A stretch of 64,000 nt of DNA from Gemmatimonadota bacterium (GCA_039586795.1 JBDHJS010000011.1:1-64000), one strand, 5' to 3'; shown: positions 26,258-35,446, numbered from the stretch's first letter. Translations and numbers: made by a program. Notes: generated by a model not told the origin, from the sequence alone.

Positions 26258-28167
26258 ACCTTCACCCCCATCTCCAGTCGCCGCTTGATCGCGTCGAAGA
26301 TGTTGCCCGGACGCAAAGGCTGTCCGGGAACCCGCGACCAGCAGTCGATATCCACCAGCGTCGCGGCGCGCAGCACCCAGGCCAGCTGGGCATAGCGCCG
26401 GTTTTCTTCCGTGATATACGGAGCGTTGATCTTGTCGCTGTAATTGATCTCCACCGTCATCACCCGCTCGAACCGGCTGAAGATCTCTTTCAGCCCCGGC
26501 TGCAACGGCGAGATGAACGTGAGGTGCGTCGACGAGACTGAAAGCCCTTCGGCTCGCGCACGATCTACGGCTTCCTCGATGGCGCCCCTCGTGCTGCCCC
26601 AGCCGACGACCAGCAGTTCGCCGGAATCGCCGCCGTGCACCGGCGGCGGCTGAAGCGTCTGCTGAAGGACGGCGAGCTTGCGACTGCGCATCTCGCAACC
26701 AAGCTCGTGGCTGTCCGGGTCGTAGGCGATCTTCGACCATTCGTTGTGCGCCAGGCCAGTGGCGATATACTCGCCGCCCGGCTGACCGGGAACGCGCCGC
26801 TGCGACAGGCCCGTCTTCGGATCCCAGTCGTAAGGCGGCTTGTCCTCCGGGATCGGGGCCAGCGTGATCGGCGCCTGCTGCCAGCGCGGGTCGAGCTGCG
26901 GCCGTGGGAACGGCGTCACGCCGGTCGCCAGGTTCGCGTCCGTCAGCACGATCACTACCGTACGGAACGCCTCGGCGATCCGTCGGGCGGTGGTCATCAC
27001 GTGGAAACAGCCCTCGATGGTCGATGGCGCGATCACGACGTGCGGCGCATCGCCGTGCTGTCCATACAACGCCGTCAGCAGATCCGACTGTTCCACCTTG
27101 GTCGGTAGGCCGGTGCTGGGGCCGCCGCGCTGGACGTCCACCACGACCAGCGGCACCTCCAGCATGACGGCCAGGCCCAGGAACTCTTGCTTGAGCGAAA
27201 GGCCCGGACCGGAAGTGATGGTGTAGGCAACCTTCCCCGCGTAGGAAGCGCCGATCGCGACGCCCACCGCGGCGATCTCGTCCTCGGCCTGGTGCACCAC
27301 GCCGCCGAATCTGTCGTATACCTCGCTCAGGTAGTGAGAGGCCGATGTGGCCGGCGTGATCGGATACATGGAGCAAAGCTCCATCCCCGACGCGATCGCG
27401 CCCATGCCGATCGCCTCGTTCCCGTTCATCACCACCTGCGGGACGTCCGACTTAATCGTCGGCACCTCGATCCGGAAATCGAGGTTCTCTTTCGCCCACT
27501 CGTATCCGGCTTCCAACAACTGGATGTTCCGCTCGGTGATCTCCTTCGCCTTCTTCCGGAACTGGTGCGCGATCTGGCCCCTGATGAGCTCGATGTCGCG
27601 ATCGTAGACCCAGGTGATCAAGCCGAGGGCGAACATGTTCTTCCCGCGACGCACATCCTCGGCGATCTTCAGACATTCGGCTTCCATCGGGACTTCGATG
27701 ATCCGGTAGTCCCTCTCGGACAACACCTCCATCGCGTCTTTCCACTGCTGCTGAATGTCTTCGTCCGGATGATCCTTCCACATGTTCTCCAGAAGGATGA
27801 TCGCGTCGTCCGCCAACGCGCCCAGCTGATGCCGGCCCAGCAGCACCTGCTCGTTGAACGCCACCACCAGGTTCGTCTCATCTCCCCAGTTGGTGATCGT
27901 ATCGCTACCGAACCGAACTCGGTTTCCGCTTCCACCCTCTATACTGCGCGGCGGCGGCTGGATCTCCGCCGGGATGATCTCCACCGTCCAGGCGCCGTTG
28001 CCCATCTTGGCGCACACCGATCCGAACGTCTGACCGCACTTCTGCGCGCCCTCACCCGAGTCGGAGACGATCTCTACCGTGTGCTCCGGCACCTGGATGA
28101 TTCTCGGACCTTTCTTCTTACCGCCGCCCGATTTCTTCTTCGTTGACGTCTGCGCTTTCGTCGCCAC
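26254..28167 (-). CDS. korA: 2-oxoacid:ferredoxin oxidoreductase alpha subunit (gamma-alpha fusion)
   Basis: DSGEG, PAEI, GNEA, YPITPATS, QAEDEIAA, TSGPG, QRGGPSTGLPT, GWGST. Confidence 0.93.
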   Translation of the reverse strand: MATKAQTSTKKKSGGGKKKGPRIIQVPEHTVEIVSDSGEGAQKCGQTFGSVCAKMGNGAWTVEIIPAEIQPPPRSIEGGSGNRVRFGSDTITNWGDETNLVVAFNEQVLLGRHQLGALADDAIILLENMWKDHPDEDIQQQWKDAMEVLSERDYRIIEVPMEAECLKIAEDVRRGKNMFALGLITWVYDRDIELIRGQIAHQFRKKAKEITERNIQLLEAGYEWAKENLDFRIEVPTIKSDVPQVVMNGNEAIGMGAIASGMELCSMYPITPATSASHYLSEVYDRFGGVVHQAEDEIAAVGVAIGASYAGKVAYTITSGPGLSLKQEFLGLAVMLEVPLVVVDVQRGGPSTGLPTKVEQSDLLTALYGQHGDAPHVVIAPSTIEGCFHVMTTARRIAEAFRTVVIVLTDANLATGVTPFPRPQLDPRWQQAPITLAPIPEDKPPYDWDPKTGLSQRRVPGQPGGEYIATGLAHNEWSKIAYDPDSHELGCEMRSRKLAVLQQTLQPPPVHGGDSGELLVVGWGSTRGAIEEAVDRARAEGLSVSSTHLTFISPLQPGLKEIFSRFERVMTVEINYSDKINAPYITEENRRYAQLAWVLRAATLVDIDCWSRVPGQPLRPGNIFDAIKRRLEMGVKV

Positions 28168-28187
28168 GATCCGCTCGTCCTCTCAGC

Positions 28188-28247
28188 AAATCCCCAAAAC
28201 CCCGAACCTCATAACCCCCGAATCCCAGCACCCCCGAATCCCACAAC
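28188..28247. repeat. Degenerate C-rich tandem repeats of about 8 bp in the korA leader
   Basis: aaatcccc aaaacccc gaacctc ataacccc cgaatccc agcacccc cgaatccc acaac. Confidence 0.7.
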
Positions 28248-28253
28248 ATAGAG

Positions 28254-28268
28254 GCTTATTCCGTGCCA
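28254..28268 (-). promoter_or_regulatory. Candidate sigma-54 (-24/-12) promoter for the kor-por-rnf operon
   Basis: TGGCACGGAATAAGC = GG-N10-GC, with the inverted repeat CTAAGTC-N13-GACTTAG (28294-28320) just upstream. Confidence 0.55.
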
Positions 28269-28381
28269 CAAATCGGACCGATGCCCAGCCCACCTAAGTC
28301 ATTGCCAAACAGAGACTTAGGTCGTGTAACACTCCACCTACACCGCACCCACAACTCCAAGCTGGGACATACTGACCCGAA

Positions 28382-28405
28382 GGCGGGACTTAACGTATTC
28401 CCGCC
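28382..28405 (-). terminator. Hairpin downstream of nosY
   Basis: GGCGGGA-N10-TCCCGCC. Confidence 0.4.
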
Positions 28406-28437
28406 TAACTCCTTAATCTAGTTGAAGATCGCTACAC

Positions 28438-29277
28438 CTACAGGGCAGACCATGCCTGAGGACGGCGGAAACGCCACCAGGCGAACGCCGTAGGGACGAG
28501 CGTCCAGAGAAGAAGTGAAGCGAAGCAGAGGGCGATCACGCCGCTGGCGCCCAATGAAGTCATCCAGGCCAGGCCAACCGGGCCGAGCAGACTGCCGTCA
28601 GGATCCAGGCTGGCGATCACGCCAAGCCGAAAAGCTTCCACCGGATTGCCGAGCGCCCAAGCGCTGAGCACCAGCCTTGGGAGACCCCAGCGGAGTGTCG
28701 CGCCCATGATGGCCAGCGTGCCGAAGCCGACGGCGACGATCCAGACCACGATGCCGGCACCCGTCGCCCGGGCGCGTGTGGTGGCGATGACCGAGCAGAA
28801 CAGACCAACGGCCACGAAAGTCTCGGCCAACAGAAGCGTGAGAGCGAGCAGCAACGCGACGGGTCGCCAGGGTGTTCCGTTCAGGGTAGCGACCGCGCCC
28901 GCGAAGCCAAACCCGATGAGCAACGACAGCGCCACGGCGAGGCTGACCCCGATCCACTTTCCCCAAAACAGCTCGCCGAACGAGATCGGCTGGCTGACCA
29001 GGTATTCGAGACTCCCCATCTCTCTTTCTCCTGCCACGGCGGCGGTGGCCGGGAAGAGCGCCATCAGTGGTACGAACAAGAGCGCCAGGTGAACCAGCCC
29101 CGCCATGACCTTGGCAAAGCCGCGATAACCGTAGATGTCAGAGCCACTCAGCCCGAAGAACGTGAGGGCGAGAGCGCCCAGCAAGAAGACAGCGGAGTAG
29201 GCGATGAACCACCGCGACCTCAGCGACTCGCCCAGCTCTCGGCGCACGAGAGTGCGGATCACGCTCACCCGACTCAT
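28438..29277 (-). CDS. nosY: Nos ABC transporter permease
   Basis: Multi-TM, PLMAL...ERE.G.LEYL.SQP, NPVEAFR, LLGP; position in the nos operon. Confidence 0.9.
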   Translation of the reverse strand: MSRVSVIRTLVRRELGESLRSRWFIAYSAVFLLGALALTFFGLSGSDIYGYRGFAKVMAGLVHLALLFVPLMALFPATAAVAGEREMGSLEYLVSQPISFGELFWGKWIGVSLAVALSLLIGFGFAGAVATLNGTPWRPVALLLALTLLLAETFVAVGLFCSVIATTRARATGAGIVVWIVAVGFGTLAIMGATLRWGLPRLVLSAWALGNPVEAFRLGVIASLDPDGSLLGPVGLAWMTSLGASGVIALCFASLLLWTLVPTAFAWWRFRRPQAWSAL

Positions 29278-30182
29278 ATCTCGCCCTCGCCGAAGAAGCG
29301 CTGAACGATCTCCTCGAGCTGTGGCTCGACCACCCAGAAGTCATCGATCGCCAGATTCGATTCCTTCAGCCTCCAGAGCGCCTCCGCCCTCCCGGCCGCC
29401 GGGAGCTTCACGGCGACGTGGGTTCCGTTGGCCATGACCGCTTCGGGTTCAGCCAGGCTGAGAAACTTATCGCGTGCCGCATCACGGTCCTCTCGTCGCG
29501 TCCGCACCCACAGCCACGCATCGGCGCCCGCTCGGGCCCGGAGGTCACCCAGCCCGCCGTCGAACACGATGCGCCCCTCGTGAAGGATCCAGATTCGATC
29601 GGCTATCATTTCAACTTCGTCGAGGCGGTGCGAGGCGAGCATGAGCGTGGTCTCGGGGCTGACCTGGCGCAGCGCGCGCATGAACTCGCTGCGGGCGCGT
29701 GGGTCCAGGTTGGCCGTCGGCTCGTCCATGAGCAGCACCTGTGGATTCGAAGCAAGGGCGACAGCCAGCAGTGCCTTCTGCATCATGCCGCCGGACAGCT
29801 CGCGGAGCGCTAGACCGCCCGTCTCCGCCAGCGGCAGCCCGAACGCGTCCAGCTGCTCGGCAATCGTTTCGGCGGGTATACCGCGGAGTGTGGAGAAGAA
29901 CTCGACCATGGCGCTCAGCGACATGTGGAAGACCGGCGGCCGCTGTGGGACATAGCCGATGCGACCCCGCACCGCTTTGCCCGACGATGCCACGTCCGCA
30001 CCATCCACCTCGATCGATCCGTCGAACGACAGCACGCCCATCACGCAGCGCAGCAGCGTAGTCTTCCCCGCCCCGTTCAACCCGAGCAACGCCAGGCGCT
30101 GCCCGCGCTCGATTTCGAAGTCGAGGTCATCGAGCACTGACCGGGATGCGAAACGCTTGCTCAGCCCGTTGGCCTTGATCAT
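29274..30182 (-). CDS. nosF: Nos ABC transporter ATPase
   Basis: GLNGAGKTT, LSGG, LMDEP, SH; GGAGG RBS before the ATG at 30182. Confidence 0.92.
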   Translation of the reverse strand: MIKANGLSKRFASRSVLDDLDFEIERGQRLALLGLNGAGKTTLLRCVMGVLSFDGSIEVDGADVASSGKAVRGRIGYVPQRPPVFHMSLSAMVEFFSTLRGIPAETIAEQLDAFGLPLAETGGLALRELSGGMMQKALLAVALASNPQVLLMDEPTANLDPRARSEFMRALRQVSPETTLMLASHRLDEVEMIADRIWILHEGRIVFDGGLGDLRARAGADAWLWVRTRREDRDAARDKFLSLAEPEAVMANGTHVAVKLPAAGRAEALWRLKESNLAIDDFWVVEPQLEEIVQRFFGEGEI

Positions 30183-31528
30183 AGCGGCCACCTCCACACC
30201 CCCCAGGCAGAGAGTCCTGCCAGGCCAAGCCAGACCATAGCGACCAGCGGAGCACGGCGCGGTGGGTCTCCTCTGTTCCCCTCCTTCATCAAACCCACCG
30301 GCCGCGTTTCCGCGTTCCAGTGCAGCGGTTCAGGTGTCGAATCGATCGCAATCGGCTGGGGCTCCAGCAGCGGAAAGAAGCGGGCTAGCGCATCGAGCGC
30401 CAACGCCGCCGGGCTAAACTCATACAGCCTCAGTTGAGGATGGCGAGCGAACAGATCGTCGGACAGGCGATCGATACGGTACGGCATGTCGAGGGTCCCG
30501 TCGCGGTCGGCATCCCACGCCACGGCGTCGTCCCATCGGTTTCCCGTCCACGCGTTAGCCAGCGCCGTCCCGCCACCTGACACTGAGACGTCCCTCACGT
30601 TCCCCACGAAAGTGTTCGCATTGAAGTTGTTCTGCCTAACGGAAGGCAGGAGCTCGATGCCCACATCGTTGAACGCGATGACGTTGTCTGCTACCTGGTT
30701 CTCTGCCGTCATCGAGCTCGGCGAATTATCGAAGTAAAGGCCGATCTGGTTTTGAACGATGAGGTTGCCCGTTACCGTTATCCGGTCAGCATCCTTCAGG
30801 CCGATACCGAATCCGCTGCGCCCGCTCGCATGGGCAAATACGTTGTCGCGAAGGGTGATATCCGAGGAGTACATGATGAACGCCGCTACATCGTTGCGCT
30901 CGAACTCGTTCCTCTCGAACAGATTGTTGCTGCTGTACATGTAGTGGAGGCCGTAACGGCCGTCCGTCACCAGGTTTTCTCGAAACTGTAGCCCATGACT
31001 GAAGTAGACGACCACGTCCCTGGTCCGGTGAACCCGGTTTCTCTCCACAACTACGTCGTTGCTTTGCCACAGACGGATGCCATCGCCGCGCATCCCGACC
31101 AGTCGGTCCTTACCTTCGATGACATTGCCGATGACGCGGCTGCCATCGCTCTCCTTCAAGTAGATGCCGAACAGAACGTCACTCAGTTCGTTGTCGATCA
31201 CCACGGACGAGTCAGCTACGACCATGATCCCGGCGTTCTCTTGATCGAGGATTCGACCGGAGGCCCGTATGTGAAAGCCGGAGATCACGCTGCCGGGCGC
31301 CCGCAGCTCGACCACCGTGCCTTCGCCTTCGCCGTCGATGATCGGGCGGCCCTCCCCGAGCAGCACTACAGGCACTTCCACGACCAGCTTCTCCCGGTAC
31401 GTCCCGGCCGACACGCGAATCGTGTCGCCGGGCTCCGCGGCGGCCAGGGCGGCACTTATCGAGTTATGGCCCCCGGCACCGCCAACCTGTAGCGTCTGCG
31501 TCACAACAAGAAGAACTGCCCAGAACAT
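30179..31528 (-). CDS. nosD: Nitrous oxide reductase maturation protein
   Basis: Beta-helix repeats, RGDGIRLW, RYGLHYMYS, GFGIGLKD, NAWTGNRW, DRDG.LD.PY. Confidence 0.95.
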   Translation of the reverse strand: MFWAVLLVVTQTLQVGGAGGHNSISAALAAAEPGDTIRVSAGTYREKLVVEVPVVLLGEGRPIIDGEGEGTVVELRAPGSVISGFHIRASGRILDQENAGIMVVADSSVVIDNELSDVLFGIYLKESDGSRVIGNVIEGKDRLVGMRGDGIRLWQSNDVVVERNRVHRTRDVVVYFSHGLQFRENLVTDGRYGLHYMYSSNNLFERNEFERNDVAAFIMYSSDITLRDNVFAHASGRSGFGIGLKDADRITVTGNLIVQNQIGLYFDNSPSSMTAENQVADNVIAFNDVGIELLPSVRQNNFNANTFVGNVRDVSVSGGGTALANAWTGNRWDDAVAWDADRDGTLDMPYRIDRLSDDLFARHPQLRLYEFSPAALALDALARFFPLLEPQPIAIDSTPEPLHWNAETRPVGLMKEGNRGDPPRRAPLVAMVWLGLAGLSAWGVWRWPL

Positions 31529-32124
31529 CAATCGGCCTTACGTCTGTTTCTGTACTCGATGACCAATGACAACGGCCCCAGCCCTCCGGCGATGAACATC
31601 AGGATAGCGCCGACAGCCGGCCAGCTGGCCACATGGAAGTTCGCGACTTGTGTCGTCCCGATGAACCGTGGTGTGAACGGTTCAATGGAGATGGGAGCGT
31701 CCGGTGACAGCGTGTGCCCGTACTCGTATAACCAGTGTTGAAAGTCCACGAGCATTACGATCCCGAAGACGACAAAGTCAATCCAGCCCAGAGCAGCGAT
31801 CTCCAGTCGCGCCACCATCATTGCCAACAGAGCGAGTGCCAGGAAGCGCATGATCAGGAAGGGAATGAACCGAAACTCAGGAAATTCGTTCGGCTCGATT
31901 TCTTTCATCCCGATGTAGTGGTTGAGGATGTTCACTTCCTCGATCTCACCAGCGACCTTGTGCGAATGGATCGACAGCGAGAGGCCCTCAGGGTATTGCG
32001 GCGCTTGCAACGTTATCGTCCACACCGGGAAGAACAGCGAGAGGATGAGGAGAGCTGCCGCGACACCCACGAGTACCCTCGAGGTGGGCGACAGATCTCC
32101 TCGGAACAGATCGACCGTCGTCAT
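31528..32124 (-). CDS. nosB: Clade II nos membrane protein
   Basis: WTITLQAPQYPEGL, INILNHYIGM-like motif (VNILNHYIGMK), YEYGH.L.P.AP, NF...SWP; four TM. Confidence 0.85.
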   Translation of the reverse strand: MTTVDLFRGDLSPTSRVLVGVAAALLILSLFFPVWTITLQAPQYPEGLSLSIHSHKVAGEIEEVNILNHYIGMKEIEPNEFPEFRFIPFLIMRFLALALLAMMVARLEIAALGWIDFVVFGIVMLVDFQHWLYEYGHTLSPDAPISIEPFTPRFIGTTQVANFHVASWPAVGAILMFIAGGLGPLSLVIEYRNRRKAD

Positions 32125-32126
32125 CT

Positions 32127-32516
32127 TCAGGTCCCCCCGCTGACCAATTTCGCGGCGAGCACAGCGGCCGTCCCTGATTTCACGTAGTATTGCCAGGCCA
32201 TGTTCCCCATGTTGCCGGCCTTCACGTAGTCCTCAGCGTCGTATGCTTCTTTGGCTGCCGCCAGCGTCTTCTCGCCTTCGTCCGCCCAACGCTGCGCGTC
32301 TTTCACCTGGTCCTTGGCCACGGCGTGCTCCTCGGCGCCGCCTTCGATCGCACTGGCGATGACGCTCTCGACTAGCGCCTTAACGCTGTCCGCCTGGGCG
32401 ATCCAACTTTCCGCTTTGGCCTTTGGGTCCTGCTCTTGTTGCTGGGCGGGCACGCCCATCAAGGCGTGCCCACTCAACAGCAAGAGAACAGCGAGTGGAA
32501 GTGCTAGCTTTCGCAT
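32127..32516 (-). CDS. Secreted helical hypothetical protein within the nos operon
   Basis: AGAAGGAG RBS, Sec signal peptide, Ala/Glu/Lys-rich helices; 2-bp gap to nosB. Confidence 0.8.
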   Translation of the reverse strand: MRKLALPLAVLLLLSGHALMGVPAQQQEQDPKAKAESWIAQADSVKALVESVIASAIEGGAEEHAVAKDQVKDAQRWADEGEKTLAAAKEAYDAEDYVKAGNMGNMAWQYYVKSGTAAVLAAKLVSGGT

Positions 32517-32534
32517 CGCTGATCTCCTTCTGGT

Positions 32535-34484
32535 TTACGGCTGCACGAACAAGTAACCCACCATCTCCAGATGCAGCGCCGAACAAAACTCACTGCAGTA
32601 GAACGAGAAGACTCCGGACTGGTCGGCGACGAACTCGATCACTTCAGACTCGCCCGGTTCAAGACTGACGTTGATGTTGTACTTGTCGATGGCGAAGCCG
32701 TGCGTCGCATCGCGGGTCGTTTCCAGGCTGGTCAAGTGAATGGTCACCCGATCGCCCTGCCGCACTGTGATGTGTTCCGGAATGAAGTGACTACGGATCG
32801 CCGTCATGTAGACATCGACGTTGCGTCCGTTGCGCACGACACCCTCTTCACCCGACGATACCGCGTTCGGATCCGTCTCCATCGCGTGCGGGCTAAAGTC
32901 TGGCGGATAGACGAGCCATGGGTCCAGCTTGTCCGCCTTGATGATCTGAGCGTAGTGCGGCTCGCCGATTCCGATCGGCATGTCGTACAGCAACTGCATC
33001 TGTTCACCGGTGATGTCGATCAACTGGAAGTTCTGCGGGTGCAGCGGGCCCACTGGCTGAAAGCGATCGATCGACCACTTGTTCAGCGCGACGATGTAGT
33101 TGCCATCCGGCGACCGGGTGTCACCCTCCGCCGCCGCCAGGTGCCCGATGTTGTAGTGGACGCCGATCTTCTCCTTCACGGTCCAATCCTCGAGGCTCCA
33201 GCGCACCACCGCCGATTCGATGAACAGCGACGTGTAGGCGCCGCCCCGGCCGTCGAACTGCGTGTGCAGGGGCCCGAGGCCCAACTCGACCTGCTGCTCC
33301 AAAACCGCGTCGAAGTCGAGGATCGGCACGCCGAACGGGTCGGTGCCCGAGTACGTCTGGTTGGCGATGGCGTCCTGGATCTTCTGGAACGAGTAAACCG
33401 ATACGTGGGGATCCAGCTTACCGGCCGTGACGATGAGGCGGCCGTCCGGCGTTACGTCGGCGCCGTGCGGGCTCTTGGGCTCCGGAATCAGGTAGAGCAG
33501 GCCTTCACGGATCGAGACCTCGAGGGGGATGACGTTCATCCCCTGAATCCGAACCACACCGGTGCCGGCCTGGAAGATCTCCTCGGCGCGGCGCCAGTTG
33601 ATGGCGTGCAGGTAATCCATGTCGTTGGCCGAGACGCCGGCCTCGAACGGAACGCCCGTCGTCTCGATGCCGCCGGTCGCCATCTCGCTGTTGAACGAGC
33701 CAAGAAACGCCCAACCATCGGACGGGCCCTTACCGGCGTCTGCCAGGTCCTGCCAGTAGGGCGGAAGCTCCAGCGTGAAGGTGCGGGACGGATCGATGCG
33801 GCCGGCTTCGCGATCGAACTTCCAGAACGTAGCCGCGCCGCGGTAGCGCTCCTGGTAATCGCTGATGGGTGCATATCTGCCATCCAGCGGAACCGCGTAC
33901 TGGCTCGACTCGATCACGTATTCCGTGTTCGGCGTCACGAACGTGGCGCCGTGGTCCGAACCCATGAGCGGGTTGGCGAGGATCTGCTTGGTCTCGAAGT
34001 CCTTGAGCGAGATCACCGCGACACGCGCGTTCGCCTTGTCGTCGATGAACAAGAACTCGCCGTCGTACTCGCCGTCCGTCTCCGAGATCGCCGGGTGGTG
34101 CGTGTCACCCCAAAGCACCTGCCTGCCATTGATGTCGCCCCCGGCGATCGCCTCCATCGTGCCGCCGGCGCCGTAGCCGAAGCCCTGCCAGGGCTCTGGC
34201 GTGAACGCCGCGATCACCTTGAGGAGGCGCATCGACGGGACGCCGATCACCAGCACCTGTCCCGAGTGCCCGCCCGACGAGAACATTACGTACTCGTCCA
34301 GCTGACCGGTCGGGATGTAGGTCTTGAGCGCCGCCGTGATGTCAGCCTCACTCAAGCCCCGATCGCTGGCGATCTGGCTCACAGATGCGCCCGCTGGACC
34401 GCGAGCACACGACTGCGGGCCCGCGATCGCAAACGCTACGACCGCCAGGGCCACCAGTCCCCAGACTGCGCCTTTTGGTTTCAT
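32535..34484 (-). CDS. nosZ: Sec-dependent (clade II) nitrous oxide reductase
   Basis: SSGGHSGQ; seven CuZ His (DTHH, DHG, PHG, PLHT, IGH, EPH); CuA THGF...YCSEFCSALHLEM; no twin-arginine. Confidence 0.98.
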   Translation of the reverse strand: MKPKGAVWGLVALAVVAFAIAGPQSCARGPAGASVSQIASDRGLSEADITAALKTYIPTGQLDEYVMFSSGGHSGQVLVIGVPSMRLLKVIAAFTPEPWQGFGYGAGGTMEAIAGGDINGRQVLWGDTHHPAISETDGEYDGEFLFIDDKANARVAVISLKDFETKQILANPLMGSDHGATFVTPNTEYVIESSQYAVPLDGRYAPISDYQERYRGAATFWKFDREAGRIDPSRTFTLELPPYWQDLADAGKGPSDGWAFLGSFNSEMATGGIETTGVPFEAGVSANDMDYLHAINWRRAEEIFQAGTGVVRIQGMNVIPLEVSIREGLLYLIPEPKSPHGADVTPDGRLIVTAGKLDPHVSVYSFQKIQDAIANQTYSGTDPFGVPILDFDAVLEQQVELGLGPLHTQFDGRGGAYTSLFIESAVVRWSLEDWTVKEKIGVHYNIGHLAAAEGDTRSPDGNYIVALNKWSIDRFQPVGPLHPQNFQLIDITGEQMQLLYDMPIGIGEPHYAQIIKADKLDPWLVYPPDFSPHAMETDPNAVSSGEEGVVRNGRNVDVYMTAIRSHFIPEHITVRQGDRVTIHLTSLETTRDATHGFAIDKYNINVSLEPGESEVIEFVADQSGVFSFYCSEFCSALHLEMVGYLFVQP

Positions 34485-34528
34485 GGGCTCTTCACTCCCT
34501 GTTGATGGTTAGCGCTTTCATCGCACTT

Positions 34529-34975
34529 CTATTCACCATTGCTCTGGGAATCCTTGAGTCGGAAATACTCGAACAGCGCCAGCGCGTCTTCGCGTGTCAC
34601 GTTCTGATTCGCCATCGGCGTGAAGTACTCGGCTAGCATCTGCCTCGCGTCTTCGTTGTTCACCAACATCGAATCCGGGTTCACGATCATCGCGATGATG
34701 AACTCGGGGGTGCGACGCTGCGTGACGCCCAATAGGTCGGGCCCAACCAAGCGGCCGCCGCCGACGCGGTGGCAAGCCGTGCAGCCCTTCGACTGCATCA
34801 GACCCTCGCCTGTCGCCGCCAGTTGCTCATCGATTTCGCCGAACTCCATCTGGGACGCTGGAGCACTCGCTTCTGACGCCGCCTCGCCTGCTCCGCTGTC
34901 TGCGCTCCCTTCGCCACCTCCCCCACAGCCGAGCATGAGGGTCGCTGCGATCATCATCGCCATCTCAATCTTCAT
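34529..34975 (-). CDS. Monoheme cytochrome c lipoprotein (NosC-like)
   Basis: Lipobox MLGC, CTACH, VGPDL, distal Met in TPMANQ. Confidence 0.92.
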   Translation of the reverse strand: MKIEMAMMIAATLMLGCGGGGEGSADSGAGEAASEASAPASQMEFGEIDEQLAATGEGLMQSKGCTACHRVGGGRLVGPDLLGVTQRRTPEFIIAMIVNPDSMLVNNEDARQMLAEYFTPMANQNVTREDALALFEYFRLKDSQSNGE

Positions 34976-35388
34976 CACTCGCATTGATCCGCCTTGTCTA
35001 GCAGGTCCGCTAACGCTGTCTCACGGAAGAATTCGATCATCGGGTCCGAAGCGCTCTTCCAGCCGTCATGCAGCCGGCAGGGCGACTCGTCCGAGCACTC
35101 GCCACGCCCCAACACACACCCCTGACGCTGATCGAGAGGGTCGAACGGCCCGATCACGTCGCCGAGGGAAACGTCGGCGGCCGGCCGCGCCAGCTTGAAA
35201 CCGCCGCGGGGCCCCCGCTCCGACACCAGCACGCCCGCACGAGCCAGGGCGTGAAGGATCTTGGAGAGGTAGTTGGGCGGGAGCCCCACCTCAGCAGCGA
35301 TCTCGGAGGCGCGAACCGGCGCATCTTGTTGGTGTTGCGCGACATAGAGCACCGCACGAAGCGCGTATTGGTTGGTTTTCGAGATCAA
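34975..35388 (-). CDS. Rrf2 family transcriptional regulator with three Cys
   Basis: SKT.QYALRA, YLSKIL, SERGPRGGFKLA, CVLGRGECSDESPCRLH. Confidence 0.95.
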   Translation of the reverse strand: MISKTNQYALRAVLYVAQHQQDAPVRASEIAAEVGLPPNYLSKILHALARAGVLVSERGPRGGFKLARPAADVSLGDVIGPFDPLDQRQGCVLGRGECSDESPCRLHDGWKSASDPMIEFFRETALADLLDKADQCE

Positions 35389-35424
35389 TTAAGGTCCCGG
35401 TTAGGGCCGCACAGGTTTGACGTG

Positions 35425-35446
35425 TTTATCATGCTAATATGATCAA
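35425..35446. promoter_or_regulatory. AT-rich imperfect palindrome; candidate Rrf2 operator
   Basis: TTTATCATGCT-AATATGATCAA (core ATCAT-N6-ATGAT) about 40 bp upstream of rrf2. Confidence 0.5.

Noticed and set aside
26258..27376. Long N-terminal extension of korB in the 690-aa ORF
   Set aside because: Out-of-frame overlap with korA; the real start is the coupled ATG at 26257
28188..28247. CRISPR array
   Set aside because: Units are about 8 bp with no spacers; no cas genes anywhere in the window
32571..34505. 644-aa plus-strand ORF
   Set aside because: Antisense shadow of nosZ
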